Below are positions 1 to 13,834 of a stretch of 64,000 nt of DNA, in pieces (within the stretch, counting starts at the first letter, position 1; every line of letters starts with the position of its first letter). The stretch spans positions 10,478,001 through 10,542,000 of the forward strand of contig CM102286.1 in NCBI GenBank assembly GCA_046563655.1, given 5' to 3'. The notes under the pieces are model-generated. The model made no database searches and was not told the DNA's origin. It saw only the letters and a list, made by a program, of their open reading frames with translations. Made by a program: the position numbers and the translations under genes. This DNA is from Yuukianura sp. NJ FZ-2021. Its lineage: Eukaryota.

Positions 1-1086
1 CCGTTTCTGCCGGCCATGAACGTCTTCTCGGATCCGCTGAGTCCGCAGTACTGGCCAGCACATTTTATGCCGAACTGGTACAATACTTGGGTTGGCAAAG
101 AACTTTTCAGTACTTGCGAGTGGTACTGCACTGCCAGCGGTGGGTATGCAACCGCCGTGTTTGTCACGTTACTCGTCATGCACATGCACACGCTCAAGTC
201 ATGGCTCAGTTTCTTCAGGTAACTCCAAAATTACTGAATTTGAAGTACAGTAAAACCTCTGATTCGGAAACTTGCTCTGATTGGCTGATTTTAAAAGTTT
301 TGCTTACCGTAAACGTTCCAATTATAGCCCACAGGAGACCAATCAAAATGTTCAACAAAATAAAGTTCCCACCATAACGTTCAACAAAAAAATATTTCCT
401 CCAAACTGGTCAACAAGAAAAAGTTTTCAAATCAGAGGTTTTACTGTATACCAAAGAAAAGTTAACAGAATTTCAAACATCATTTGAGTTTTTATCATTT
501 CACCTACATCAAAAAACTTTGATTTCAGTTGAATATTTATAAATTCAACCACAAAACTTTGATTTCAGTTAACTAACATTGAATTTTGAATTTTTTTAAC
601 AGTTCCAGAGTTGATGAAAATGACGCAAATACATTGGACAGCACGGGAAAAGATTTTCGACTTGAATCGATTTATGCATACAAAGAACTGCAGTTGTTGG
701 ACATCAGTTATGAAGATGCCATTAGAACATACTTGCCCATAGCTTATTTCCAGTTCATCGGTTATCACTGTGTACTAAATTTAACTTTAATTCGAAATCA
801 CAGTTTCCCACGTCAGTTCATACCGGCACTCATAATTGCAGATTGCCTCCTCTTCTCATTTGCGCATGTGTGGTTTGGGAGTGGCGGAAAAGTAAGCAGT
901 GCTGCAGAAGAATTGAAACTGCGTCTGCATTGCTCTACGTCACAGGCACACAAAAAAGGCGCCAACTCTTGTCAGGTGCTGTTCGTTGAAATTGGCCCGT
1001 ACATTAAGTTGAACAAACGATCAGTCATTGAGTATCTTTCCGTTTTGAGTAACTGTGTCATTCAGGCACTACTTTATGTTGAATAA
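1..1086 (+). CDS. 3' part of a 7TM insect-type chemoreceptor (GR/OR-like); exons <1-218 and 603-1086
   Basis: GT donor at 219 and AG acceptor at 601-602 join the two ORFs in frame (AG+T=Ser). The C-terminal exon has hydrophobic segments and the layout YKELQLL...SCQVLFVEIGPY..LNKRSVIEYLSVLSNCVIQALL*, resembling TM5-TM7 of hexapod GR/OR-like receptors. The 5' end lies outside the window. Confidence 0.65.
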
Positions 1087-2201
1087 ATTGTTTAAAAAAC
1101 GTTTTTCAAAAAATGACACAACCTTTTTTCAAAAAAGTACAAAAACTTTGTGTTTGTGAAGGTGATTTATTTATCTTAATGTCATTAGACAATGAGGATG
1201 AGCTTGTTGAAAACTTTGACTTTGATTTGTTTTTGCTGCGCCAAATTTTTGTCAAGGTCATTTAGTGGTGTAGCACTTGTAAAAATTGGCAAAAACGGCA
1301 CACGGTTGCAAATTCTTGCAAGGTCATCACTCTAATTGCTACGCGCAAACAGAGTAGTTTTTGTTCGACTTTTTTATGTAAAGTTTTCAAAAATTGCTTT
1401 TCTCTGGAGGCGTTTTGAACAATTTTGCTTTGAAAATTTTGCTTTTAAAATTTTAGCATACAACTGGTGTCAAACCAAGTATGACATCTTTGCCATAAGC
1501 GTTAGCTTTTCAGTTTTTGAGTTACAGTTTTCAAAAATTGGTGAAACACACTTTTCTTTTGCAATTCAGGACAAAAGAAGTGTAAAAGCAGGGCTTGAAT
1601 ATATCTGCAAAAGCCCTAGCAACAATACGAAACTGGAATCACTTGATAACCACGTTATCAAAAAGTCGGACGATGCGAATTGACATCACTAAATCAGTGC
1701 TAACTCTACTTAAACTGATTATTGAAATGAAATCATGCGATAAAGGTGTCAAATTATTATTGCAATTTAATCTTCAAGTTCACAAAACGTCAATGTTGAG
1801 TTAGTAAATCCAGTTTATTGTTGATAACAATCCAGTTTATAAGTGTCCGCTACGCTGGCTCTTATTGGACTCCGAAATTCAGTTGCACTTTTGCCAACGA
1901 GCGTAATCTTTGTATTTTACATCCTTCAACCGGTTTACCCCCGAGAGCAGAGAACTGTTGTGAAGTTACGGATGGAAGGAGTTGTCTACGGAACTAGTAA
2001 CACTCAACACTAAAAGAGGTAGTCTCCTGCGCACCCTTTTGTCCACTTCCCAGTAAGAAACTTTATAACATTGACTTAAGAGGAATGTTTTTGAGTTTTA
2101 AGTGAGTTATTGTGTAGCTCTTGTATTCAATTTAGGAATTTATTTCCAGTTGTCAATCTCAGCAGAAAGGACGGATAGGCGTAAGTCCAGAGTGTTTCAA
2201 A

Positions 2202-5200
2202 ATGGCTCGTTTTCTCATCTTTTCTTTGCTCCTCCTTGCGTTTTTCACGGGAGCTCCGACGCCGGCTGATAGCAGAGGTAAGCCTGAATTTTAAGCAGCG
2301 CCAGTTAAACAGGTTGCAAAACCTTTTTTGGAATCAATCACGCACAGGCACAATATCAAATAGTTCCTGTTTCTTCAGTTTATGTAACTGATGTTGCGTC
2401 AGCAAGTTGCGCGCGACAACTTTTGGTTTGAAAATCGAGTCTGAAAATCGTTTCGTTTGAAAATCGAAAAACATCCTTCAAGCAACTACGTTTGAACATA
2501 GTAATTACATTACGGCTGCACTACAAAAAATGTGATTTTTGTCTATAAACTTACAATTTGCAACTTCCAAACCATGATTTCAAAGGAATCAGGAATTGAA
2601 CGCCTGAAAAACTGTTTGTAATGTTTCATAGTGAAAGCAGTGGAGAAATAGAGAGACAATAAGAAATAGACAACTCTATCAAGTGGCAAAGTGCAAAAGC
2701 TTTGTTATCAATTGGTGCTTGATTATTTGTGTCAAAATCAAGTTAAACACGCAAAACAAAATCTAACACCACTTCAAAATACACAAATTCCATAGTTTTA
2801 AGCATACGAGATTGCGGTTACTCTAGATCATTTGAATATCGCATCAGCTCCGGACGATAATCAGGAACACACGATTTGCATTCAGGAACACCAATATTAT
2901 TGAAACCGAGTGAGAAAAATGACGCAATCATCTCCACCAGTAATCATAATTTTATAAAATCTGATTATCCATTGGTTAGTGTTATTCGAGTGGGCAATTC
3001 TTTTGTGTTCTTTGTGTTGGCGTTTTGTTGAATACGTTGTAAAAACTCAAATGTTGCTATGTAATTTTTAGATGTTTTTCCGTACCCATACCTTCCCATG
3101 AGACACATACCTGTCAGTTCGCAGTTTGTACGACATCCAATCTGGCCAGGACCTGTGCATTATCTTAACGATGGTCCTCCAGGAGCAAATCGTCCAATTG
3201 GAGATAGACAAAACAATCAATTCTCATGCAAACGACGATGCGGTTTAGAACCCCGCCCTTCATGGCAATGTCAATGTCATGCTGCGTGTCAGGACCTTAA
3301 TAACTGCTGCGATGATTTTGAAGCATTATGTTATACGTGCACTGGGCGCTGCAAAGGTTTCATCAAACATGCTCTATGTCAATGCAACAAAAAGTGTGTC
3401 CAGGTTTGTAATGTTTTTTTCGCTACTGTTTGTTTTTCAATTTTTTGCAATGTGTGACTTTGTAACCCAGAGTTTGTTTTCTATGATTATATGTGCTTCA
3501 CATTTTAGTTTAAAAACTGCTGTTCCGATTACGAACAGAAATGCCCGAGGCCTAAAGGTATGGAGGTAGACGTTTGATGGTGAATTCATTTTCTACTAAC
3601 CTTAAAGCTAATGCTGCACTACCAATTGCAATTACTAATTTCTGGAGTGACTGAAGTATATATTTCATGAGAATGTGAACGATTTCATAAAAAAAATTCT
3701 AGTTTTTAAACTAAATTTTACTATTAACACAGTAACCCGACCTGGATTAAGCAAAGATTGGTTTGGAACTCTTACGAAACAAGCAGTCGATGATAACTCT
3801 TGCGTTGGTCGATGTGGCGTCCTTGACACGACGAAACCCTGCCAATGCAATGATTCTTGTGAGGTACGAAATGCAATAATTCTTGTATGCTGGATTTTTC
3901 ATTTAAATAGTACAAATTGTAATGTTTTTCTTGTGTTTAAAAGTCTTTTGGAGACTGCTGCGATGACTATGAAGCAGTTTGCAACGGCTTGTCATGCTCC
4001 GGCAAATGTAACGCAGCATACGACCCTGCTGACCCCTGCCATTGCAATGACCTATGTGATCAGGTAGAGCCAGTAGAATTCTGTTTTCACTCAACTAAAA
4101 AAAATCACGCAAAAACCTTGTTTTTAGTATAACAACTGCTGTCCAGACTACTACGACCTCTGCGACGGAAATTCTGGTGAAAGCAAATACAATTAGCTAG
4201 CACGGTGTCTGTTGTTGTGGTCGCTAGCACAAAGTCGCCTGTGAAGGCGCATGTCTGTTCAACAGGGACGTCCATCAGTGTTCCTTGTTCAATGTTCATG
4301 TTGAGTTGAAGCGTTGTGTGAATTTTCGCTTTGCTTTACTTCTGCTTCCAGCTTTAACCGAGTCCTATCTTTTGCTTATTTTTTCTGAACTCGAATGCTA
4401 ATTCAAGACTTTATAAAACTTAAGGCGTAAGCGACGCCGTCCTGGCAGCCATTTCAGAAGAATTACTGGCCATGGATAACGACAACAACATCGCTTCTTT
4501 TGTATCAGTCAATCTACAGGCAAAGTCTAGGCAGGATGGCTCAGACCAGGCACCTCAACCGTAAGATTAACATCACATACTAATTAAAAAAAATATAAAA
4601 AGTTACGATGTTGCTTTATTAATATAAAGTAGTAAATTCATATACTGCAAAATATTTGCATCGTTTTAGATTAATGACTGTCGATCCCGCAGCCTACAAC
4701 AAGCCCACAGTTGCAAAACTGATTAAGATGCATGACAATTTCGTGCCTGAAGTAGGAGTAAACGAAGATGTCTCAGCCGCAGAGCAAACCGAAGTCAATG
4801 AATTTTTGGACGCACTATTGGCCACTCCCATCATGATCAGAACTGCCGAATTTCTAGCTGAAACGGGATACATCCCAAACAATTTCCGTGAAACTTTTGA
4901 ACTGATTTGGTTCGGACTCTACAGTCGTTCTAATGGAAAACTAGGTTCTTCCGGATTTGAGCACGTTTTCTTGGGAGAGCTCAAGAGTGGTGTTTCCGGT
5001 TTCCATCATTGGGCATACTGGGCTAGGGAAGAGGCCAACGGCAACCTCAACTACAAAGGATACATCGAGCAACAAAATTTTGGATCTGTAAGTGCATTTT
5101 TGTCATAGGAACTTCCACCAGCGTGTTTGTTCTAATTCCGGAAATTATCTCCGTAATTTAACATACGCCATTTGTATCTTGTTTCTTTTTCAGAAAGGAA

Positions 5201-5424
5201 TGGCTCTTTCCGAAAGCTTTGAATGGCTAAATGAAGATAAATCTATCAGCTCCATGTTTATTGGTCCAAGTCCAGAGCTGGAAATGGCAATTTACACAAT
5301 TTGCTTTTACGCACGACGCAACGCTCAATGCCCAATCGTCTTCAACGGGCAAGCTGTAGATGTTCAAACGTATGACATCACTTACAATGGTCAGCAGTAT
5401 GTTGCAACTGCCTATGCAGTATAA
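2202..5424 (+). CDS. EndoU: Secreted poly(U)-specific endoribonuclease (EndoU/XendoU family) with signal peptide and 4 somatomedin-B domains; exons 2202-2277, 3072-3403, 3509-3557, 3733-3863, 3944-4063, 4128-4176, 4425-4560, 4670-5087, 5194-5424
   Basis: All introns are GT-AG and phase-compatible. Signal peptide MARFLIFSLLLLAFFTG; four SCxGRC...CxCxxxC...CCxDY SMB repeats; EndoU motifs SSGFEHVFLGE, GFHHW, K...FIGPSPELEMAIYT and the C-terminal ATAY. Confidence 0.93.
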
Positions 5425-6388
5425 CTTATTCATTTCTAATTCAAGCAATCGCTTTTTAAAATTATGTATCACTATTAAACGCACCCACTACATTTCTGCG
5501 ACTGTTTTAGTGTAACTACTTTTGTGAAATGTTCCGGGTTATTTAGACATCATAATTGTAACTGGTTGGCGGGCGTGGTTATACAGGGAATGTAGAAACG
5601 GAATGAAATAGAAATTGAAAAATTGAAAATGAATGAAAAACGTTTGAATTGCACACTTTGGCTTGGCTGTTGTTGATTGGTTGCGAGTAAAACTAAAGCC
5701 TAATAGTAAGTATTACAATATAACCAACGCGGCAGTGCAAGAAAAAAAAGCTGCATAATTTCCCCTCAAATTATCGATGATTCCAAGTTTTTTTTAACAC
5801 ATGATTTCCAAAAGTAACTGAAGAAGCATTTCATTTCTGAACCTCCATCGGAGAATATTAACGAAGAATGAGGCTGTGCATCTGCGTGGTGTGAATCGCA
5901 AACCACAAAATACGAAAAGATGAGTGCATTTCCTGGTTTTGAGCGTGAGAATTTTACATTACGTTGTAAAGTATTGTTGAGGATCTCGATCCAATTTTAG
6001 TAGCGTTGACGCAACCATATACCTTATGCCCAATCCCCAACGAAGCAATTTATTCCCCCAAGTCACGATTCGGAGACTATGAAATGAAGAGCTATTCTTT
6101 CTTACTCTCGTCGGTAGATATTTAGCTTAACTACTATTTAATTTCCCAATTTGTCCAATTTGCATGCAATAAGTTTTTGACCAACACTTCCTGGGGCACC
6201 CACTCAATTGAATCAAGTTATGCAAAACCCTCGTTTTCTGCACGTCGTTGATTCTAACGAGCCACATCGCCATATCGTATATTTCCACACTTTGTGGAAC
6301 ATGAAGCGTTAGTGAAAGTCGGACGCGGTAATGGTGAAATTTAGTTGGGTAGAGTACGTACAGAAATGAATACAGGAAGACTGGAAAT

Positions 6389-6581
6389 TAGGGGTCGGAA
6401 TTCGTAGGCTTTCTCATCAAATCCGAATTCCGAATTAATTCGGATTTGAGCAGGTCGAATTCGAATTTGAATTTGGATTTCAGCCTCCATACATTTTGCC
6501 GATTCCACTTCAAAATTAAGACATTAGAAAGATGCATACTTCTTTTATTAAATAGCGAAAGCTATTTAATAATCTGATTCA

Positions 6582-6621
<40 letters not shown>

Positions 6622-7888
6622 CACCTCAATTATCTCAGAAACTACTGGACGGATTTGATTCCGGTTTTCTCCTATCAACACCTCATGACCCCAACCTGGT
6701 CACTATTGAATATTATCCCGGTAGGTCAACTCCTTCCGGGTCAAAGGTCAAGGTCAACCGGTTTTATCCACGGTAACCCGCAAAATGACCTCTACAAAAG
6801 TTGTTCATCTCGTCGAGACCAACAACTTTTGTGTACATCACATGACCCCAAGTGACCTAGTTCCGGGTCAAAGGTCAACTTTTTTTTTCATATTAACGTC
6901 CTGCTAGCTGGGAAGCGGAAGGAACCCACCCCACAGCGCCGGGTGATCCACCGTCACCCCGGGTGACCCACTGTCACCCCCGGGTGACCCACCGTCACAC
7001 ACCCCGGGTGACCCACTCTCACACCACTGGGTGGGCCCACGCCCCTCCCCCGGGGATCCCACTCCCTCTCCCCCGGGGAACACACCCCAACGCCTCCTGG
7101 GGTGCGGAGCTAAAAAGTAAGGGGAACCCATCCCTACGCCCCCTGGGGTGCGGAGCAAATAAGCGGGGGGAACACACGCCAACGTCCCCATGGGGTGCGG
7201 AGCAAAAAAGTGGGGGGAAGCCACCCCCACGCCCCGGGGGTAACCCCACATTCCCCACCTGGGGGGAAACCGTCTTTTGGCTTGAGCTATTTCGTTATGC
7301 GCGGTTTACAACCGGTTTATTCCACTTAAACCTGACCTCCATCAACAACACTAATGTTCCTTCCCGTATTGTCATATTGTGTGAACCTTTTTATTTTTGT
7401 TAGAATTTGCGGAATCTAATTTGGTTTTCCTTAAATTGATATTTTGAAATTGAATTTTTCTTAAGGGAAACTTGATTTAAGTTTGGAGTTATTAGTGCAT
7501 TAATACTGATACCTCAGAGTTCTGTTGATGACAGACTTCAATGAATCGTAAGCAATTGCATTAGTAGCAAATACACAACTCGGTTCGAAATCCCGAAAGA
7601 AAAAAAAAATTAAAAAGTAATCTTGGAGTTTTTTAAAAATAATTTCAAATCAAATTAAAAAGCCGGAAATAATTTCCAACGAACTCTGACGGGGAAGAAC
7701 GATAGCTAAATGATTATTATTTGGGTTCATTAAAACTTTGGTATTCCCATAAATCCCCATGCCTCAAATGTACCAAAATATTCGTCCAAATTCGAATTCG
7801 AATGCTGCGGAATCCGAATTCCGAATAATTCGTATTCGTCGAAAATTCGGATTTAAATTCGGAGTCAAAATCCGAATTCCAACCCCTC
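6389..7888. mobile_element. Old non-autonomous DNA transposon (hAT-like MITE) hosting a Helentron-like insertion
   Basis: Ends TAGGGGTCGGAATTCG (6389) and CGAATTCCAACCCCT (to 7887) are inverted. Both ends have subterminal clusters of (C)CGAATTC(G) motifs. Flanks ACTGGAAAT and ACTGGAAT resemble a degenerate 8-bp TSD. Confidence 0.6.
6545..7321 (+). mobile_element. DINE-1/Helentron-like non-autonomous element (HINE), family A, intact copy
   Basis: 5' hairpin TTATTAAATAGC-GAAA-GCTATTTAATAA, (GTCT)n microsatellite at 6583-6620, GC-rich internal repeats, 3' sub-terminal AGCTATTT, terminal hairpin CGGTTTACAACCG and a T-rich end. A near-identical second copy lies at 14007-14294 + 20865-21250. Confidence 0.75.
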
Positions 7889-8078
7889 ACTGGAATACTA
7901 AATAAATTATACTTTAAAAGAAACTTAAAACAAGATAGAATTCAAATAAAATTTTACTCCTCAATTAGTAACTCCAAATGGAAAATGGAAGTCATCAGTT
8001 CTGCTTCATCTGCTTAACTTTTGATTCACGTTTAGAACTTTTTGTTTGGAAGTAAATCCTTTGTCTCAACCATATAAA

Positions 8079-8921
8079 TTAAACTTGTCGGGTTTTTGAT
8101 GACAGAAAAGAGTAGCGGTGACTGCGCCTAATTTTTGGGACTCTCTTCCTCAGCACTTTTTTGAAGGAACGTCGAAGTGATTCATGATGTTGTAGCGACG
8201 GTGTGTTCTGTAGAATAACGCTAGAAATAGGTTCATAGGTAACGTTTGCGTGGTAGCCACTTGCATCCACGTAGTAGCTGACGACTTGTCTCCGTCCATC
8301 CGGTAGCAAAACAAAGTACTGTCCGCTCGTTTCTGTCCCGCGTCGTCGTTCCGCGTGTCCATAAAAGTTTCCACCGCCTTGGATCTCATACTCAAAGTCA
8401 TACGTCTTCCTCTCCTGCAAAAACATTGGTTGCACATTCTCCATGTTCAAAGGATTCCATGTAATTTGATCGCAATTGAAAAGGTCGAAAACCTAAACCT
8501 AACCCTTGCATTAGAAACAAAACTACCTGAAAGAGAAGGGTCATACACTATTGCCGACCTCTGCGTTTGCGACCTTTTTACTTGCGACCAAATTACCTGC
8601 TACGGTTCAAAGGAAGTATTAAAAACTTGACTGTTAGGATTAACAGTGGTTGAAATGAAATTGTTGCTTATGTTTACATTGCTGGAAGTATCTTCAGCAG
8701 GAACAAAAATTCTATTGTGCCGAGGTTCCGTCGCTACATGGCTTCCTTCCTTCCGTGTACGTACAGCAACTGCTGAGAAAGTTTGTTGGAACCGTGTGAG
8801 TCCAATAAAGCACAGCATCCAAACCTATAATGTTAGAGAAAAGTTTAACCCAACGTAACATAATTTTCAAGTAAAAGTGAAAGGAAGAACTTGCTCTGAA
8901 GTGGAGAAAGTCCATGTCCAT
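8079..8921 (-). CDS. Cuticular protein with chitin-binding Rebers-Riddiford domain (pro-resilin-like); multi-exon, last exon about 8079-8415
   Basis: YDFEYEI...FYGHAERRRGTETSGQYFVLLPDGRRQVVSYYVDASGYHANVTYE is an R&R consensus. Upstream exons at about 8500-8600, 8675-8824 and 8895-8921 are inferred from splice signals and are less certain. Confidence 0.85.
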
Positions 8922-9876
8922 TGGCCTGTTTGCGGCGCTGGTTTGCCGTGTGTATTAGATTTGAAGTGGTTGAATGCTTCGAGTGTCCATGTTGGTTGCA
9001 GTGGAGTTGTGTTTTGGATGAGAGGAAATATTTAAATGTGGACGTAGGAAGATGGTCTTTGTGACTTTATAGGTTGTCCACTGGGATCAAGTGGTTCCTT
9101 GGGAATTGTTTCCACATCCCAAGGCATCTGCGGAGATTCCTGTAATTCCATTGTTCTCTGTAGTTGTCACCGCAGGCAAAGATTCTGCCTCTAATTGCTT
9201 CAACGAAGGAAACTGCAACTGAGACCAAGATGATCTGAGGAATTGTAGATTGGGATGAAATGACATAATTGTGTATCTTTTGTTTGTAACTGGGAGTGAA
9301 AGTAGAGTTGCTTAATGGGTTAATGTGCGTGGGATCATTCAACTTTTATTCTAATAATCATTTAATTTGTAATTGGATTTATGTCAACTAAAAACCTCTT
9401 CCTCAAATCATCCACTCGAATTCTTCTGCCAGCCTTTGAATTTAAAAGTCTTTGCATAACATGTCTCCCGTGTACTTTTGAATTGCACGGCCACAGTTAC
9501 AATGCCTTTTTCAAATGGTGATGCATCATTAAGCACTGTTTGAAAATCATCATCATGTCGTTGTGACATGTAAAATGTTTTACATTGTGATTTTTAAAAG
9601 ACATGATATTTTGAAAGATGATTTGTTAAATTTCACGTCATACAACTTGGGTGATTCGATTAGTTTAATGGAAGGATGTCAATTTCAATTCAATACTGAA
9701 TACTAGTTTTCGGAATGATTTCAGGAATGAGGACATGGATACTATTATCTATTCATTAAAAATGTCAACAAATTTTGGAAATTGGGAAACAATTTCCCAG
9801 TTTTCCAAAACGAAACATTTTCACTTTTCAATTTCACTTATTGTTGTGGAGTAAGGGCGAACAACCGGTAGTAAAA

Positions 9877-12302
9877 ATGTTCCAATTTTGTGCGAGTTTT
9901 TCTTTGTTAATTTCGTTAGCAACTTCAGTCTTATGTGATTTTCAAAATATTCAAAACACAATAATTTCTTTAGACAAGTGTAGATTGATCAAGAGATTTG
10001 TGGAAATGAAAATTGTAGGATTCGGAGGGAGAGAGGTTTGGATTCTGGCTGATTATGATTCTAGAGATGCTTTCTGCGAGTCTTCAACCGTTCCTCATGG
10101 AATAAGTCGAGGCGTCGACTTTGTGGCTGTCAGAAATTGCTTCTGGACCAACCAGACGGCTTTCATTTCCAATCAAAGCTGTGGACAATTGTCGTATCTA
10201 ATGTTGTGTAACTATAACCAAACGGTAACGAAAGTATAAACCGCATCAACGATAATATCGACTGTCTTCTCTTTTCTTCGCGTTTTTGCAGATTAAATTC
10301 CTTCAAGAATTTGAACGGTTCACCTCATGCGCATTTCCACAATTTTGGATTTTGGATACAAGCAGAAATTTGTCTGGACATTTGGATTCGCACAAATTCA
10401 AACGGCTTTCAAGAATCATTGGGCTTCAATTTCACGACGAAAAGCAGTCGCTTGAATTGCATCAATATTGGCGGTAAACATGTTTGAATTTCTGGATTTT
10501 ACCAATTGTTTATACGCTCACATTCAGAATTAGTGAATTTAATTTTTAATAGACCTGTTCCAGACGGAAGTTGGCAGCACAGGATCCTGGGCAAAATTCA
10601 AGCCCAACTGAAACCTCAACTTCCTTCCAACTATCTTACGCCATTTTCTGAATTGAGCTTTTCAAACTTTGGTGGTCAAACATTGAGGGTTACTGCAGTT
10701 GTAAAAAAAATGGAAATCTGATTGTCAGTTGTTGGAGAGCTTAATTTTTAATTTTAAAAACGAAATTTGTTCAGATGAGTGATGTTTATGCCTACGACAC
10801 GAAAATCGAGAAGACCGGAAATGGATATGAATTCAGAAGGAGTTTGGCAGTGGATATGCTTGGGGCATTGGAACTCACGCTGAATTTTACGTAAGAGAAA
10901 CCAAACATCGTTAAAGACCAAATACTTGTGTTAATGTTGCAATCCAATCTAATTGCTCAGAGTCACTGTCACTTGTTCATGATTAATTGCAATTCATTCA
11001 TCAACCCAGGTCACTGCCCATCGTCACTTCTGCCTGGGGTCATCTTGTCAACTCCAAATGGATAGGCATGATTGGACTACTTGAGAACGGACAGGCGCAT
11101 TTAGCCCTCAGTTCCACTTCAGATAGGCCATTTCGCAGAACAGTAGTTCATTTTAACTTTCCAACTACAGAGCTGCATCTTGGCTTGTTTTTCAAGCGCC
11201 CGCGGGCTCCTTTGACTTCCAACCCTCTGTGGAGGCCTTTTCAAATCGATCTCTGGTCTGCTCTCAGTGTCTACCTTTTACTCTGCGCTACTTCTGCTGC
11301 AGTCATCGTCGCAGTTGCCCGTGGCAAGCGAGTGGATGGTTGTATTTTTTGGGGAAATGACTGGAAAACGCCAGACTGTTTGCAGTGGGTGCTGGGTGCA
11401 GTTTGTTACAATCCATACCATCATTTTCCAAGTCTGCTTTCCTTGAGAATCGTTGGAGCTACTGTTTTGATGGGCGTTGTCGTCTTGTACGCAGCTTACA
11501 GCGCAACTCTTATCAGGTTCTAGGCAGAGTTTACAATTTAGCGTAGCCTACAATAGAGTTGACATGTTTTTGTTTTAGTTTTTTGTTTGTCCAAGTGGAG
11601 CCAATAACCTCAGTCAAGGAACTCGTTAAGACTGACTTCCGATTCGGACTGGCACGTGACCCGCTGATCCACAAAGCACTCTCGGTAAGAACTTTCCTTT
11701 TAAAGCCATTGCACACTGATCCAAACGTTTGTTGTGAACAATGTTGAGGAGTCGACGTATGTTGAAGATCGGAGAATGTACGAACGCAGGGACAGAATAC
11801 AAAAAACGATGGCTGAGGCAGGAGAGGAGCTGAAACGTGGTTCGTATGTTTTTGTGGTGGACCAGGCGACTGGCTACCAAACTCTGGCAAATGACTTTTC
11901 GAAGGAGGAGGTGTGCGAAATGCGGGTGATTGAAATGGCAGAGGGCCCTCAGAAGCAAGGCTCCATGGTCAAGAAGGGCTCTCCTCTGGCTCGAATTATG
12001 GACTTCCAGTAATTTCAAACGATTTATGTCGCGTAAGACAAATAACAATTTATATAATGTTTCTGATTCATAGGTTGGTTCGCATGGGTGAGGTTGGTTT
12101 GATTGTGAAGTGGCGACAGACGTATCTATTGAAGAAACCATGTTGCGATGTCCGTCGTTCTTTCGATGGCGTTCCAATTGAAGCAGTTCAAATTGCTCTG
12201 GTCTCCTACAGTGTTGCTATCTTCTCAGTACTCTTCTTCTTTATTGTGGAAGTGATGAAACATAGAATTCTGAATTCACGCAAGTTACGCTTTATCCGTT
12301 GA
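9877..12302 (+). CDS. Divergent ionotropic receptor (IR / variant iGluR), multi-exon
   Basis: Signal peptide MFQFCASFSLLISLATSVLC. S1 motifs WGHLVNSKWIGMIGLL...R..VVHF, then PFQIDLW-M1, SLRIVG..M3 VLYAAYSATLI, PITSVKEL, KGSPL, EVGLIVKW and a C-terminal TM. GT-AG introns lie between the ORF pieces. Confidence 0.88.
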
Positions 12303-13128
12303 AAGCATCTCCTAGCAGCAGCGAAGGCGCAATTCACAGCTATAATTTATAATATGGTAAAGAATTAATTTGTTAACTATCATTTAAGTCTAGTGTAAAG
12401 TGATCTTTGCTAACTCTGACCATTTGAACGTTTAGGAACAATGGTTCTACATTAAGAGAGGCAAGGATGCCAATGGCATCATGCCATGGACGGGATTAGA
12501 AGGAAGATTGGGAGCGACTAGCATAAGCGAAAATTACATAATGCAACAATTTATCTGTTTCACAATTTACCTATACTTGTAATAAACTCAACGCCTATTA
12601 TAATCGGTTAAAAGCATATCTCGGGTTTTAATATCCGAAAGTAGTAGTAAAAACGCGAGTCTAAGATTGCTATCTTAAGGCGAGCATAAGGACGACGCTT
12701 ACGGAAGCGTCCACACGCTGTGAAAACTTGTGTCGCGGCTGACAACGTATTGTCTTCAAGACAGCAGAATGCCTGCTACCGCTGTTTCGCGGCGAACGTG
12801 AAGCCTTCGAGACTGCGTGTGGTTGCGGTCTCGAAGAAATCTCAGACAACTTTGTGCTACTGGAAAAAGAGCTCAGAAACAATTCATTTGAAACAATGGC
12901 ATGGAACCGGTTTCGGTTACACTCAAAATATCTTGAAACAACAACGTTTTGATCTTGTCATTTTGTGACAGTTGATTTAGTTAACGCTGTTAAACTAAGA
13001 CGGACTAAAAGGTAGAAAACCCGGCTTCAACTGTTAACATGTGAACAGTATTTGGCAGGGTTCAAAATTGTATTTACAAGATAATATTGATTCTCCTCCA
13101 TCTCATGTTAATTGTTGTCCATGGTGTA

Positions 13129-13245
13129 CAGGATGGGCCCCAGAAGAGTTTACCCATGTGAAAGAAAGAGAAACTCTCACACGAGTTTCAAATGAGAAGA
13201 GTGAAAGGAAAAGAAAGAGGGTAAACTCTTCTGGGGCCCTACCTG
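13129..13245. mobile_element. 117-bp Tc1/mariner-type MITE
   Basis: 27-bp TIRs (CAGGATGGGCCCCAGAAGAGTTTACCC and GGGTAAACTCTTCTGGGGCCCTACCTG, 25/27 match) flanked by TA on both sides (13127-13128, 13246-13247). Confidence 0.8.
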
Positions 13246-13834
13246 TACACTTATATAAGTATAACACGCCGAGCAGTGGACATTGTCGTAACATCGACAG
13301 TTTCTGCACGCCTGGGAGCAACTGCGCATTTATCCTATGCAATATGAGTCACATGCGAACAATTTTGCACTGGATGTTGCGCTTCGCAGCAAATGTAAGT
13401 ACTGTGGAACAATTATGTGCACTACGAAGTTTTAGTGCATAAGTCTAGTGAAAACGGGTTTTCATCGTTTTTGTTTACGGTTTTGCGGCCGGTATGAGTA
13501 ATATCAGTTGTCAGCTCCGTCAACCTCCAGAAGACCAACACTCAATCATTGTGCATCGAGCTTCTATATAATAGGCTAATTCGGATTTGGGATTGGGACT
13601 GGGCTTGTGGACTGTGCTACAAGCTACAAGCTACAATCCACGAGTCCAGACAAAACAGTTTCGGTTTTTCTAGATGGTGGACTGTGGACGGTAGAAATAA
13701 TCGTGCTCACTTTGAATTTTTTTAAACAAGTATTACATATAATATGACATATTTGTATAATATAATGGAGATTATTTAATTCATCATATCATTCAAAAAT
13801 GGTATTGGAACAATAGCGGTTGAATTAGTTGAGA

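Noticed and set aside
513..570. Short direct repeat AAAACTTTGATTTCAGTT x2 in an intron
   Set aside because: A trivial local duplication with no further structure.
12670..12968. GC-richer, coding-looking segment after the IR gene
   Set aside because: No recognisable motif, the best frame has an internal stop, and no consistent exon chain could be built.
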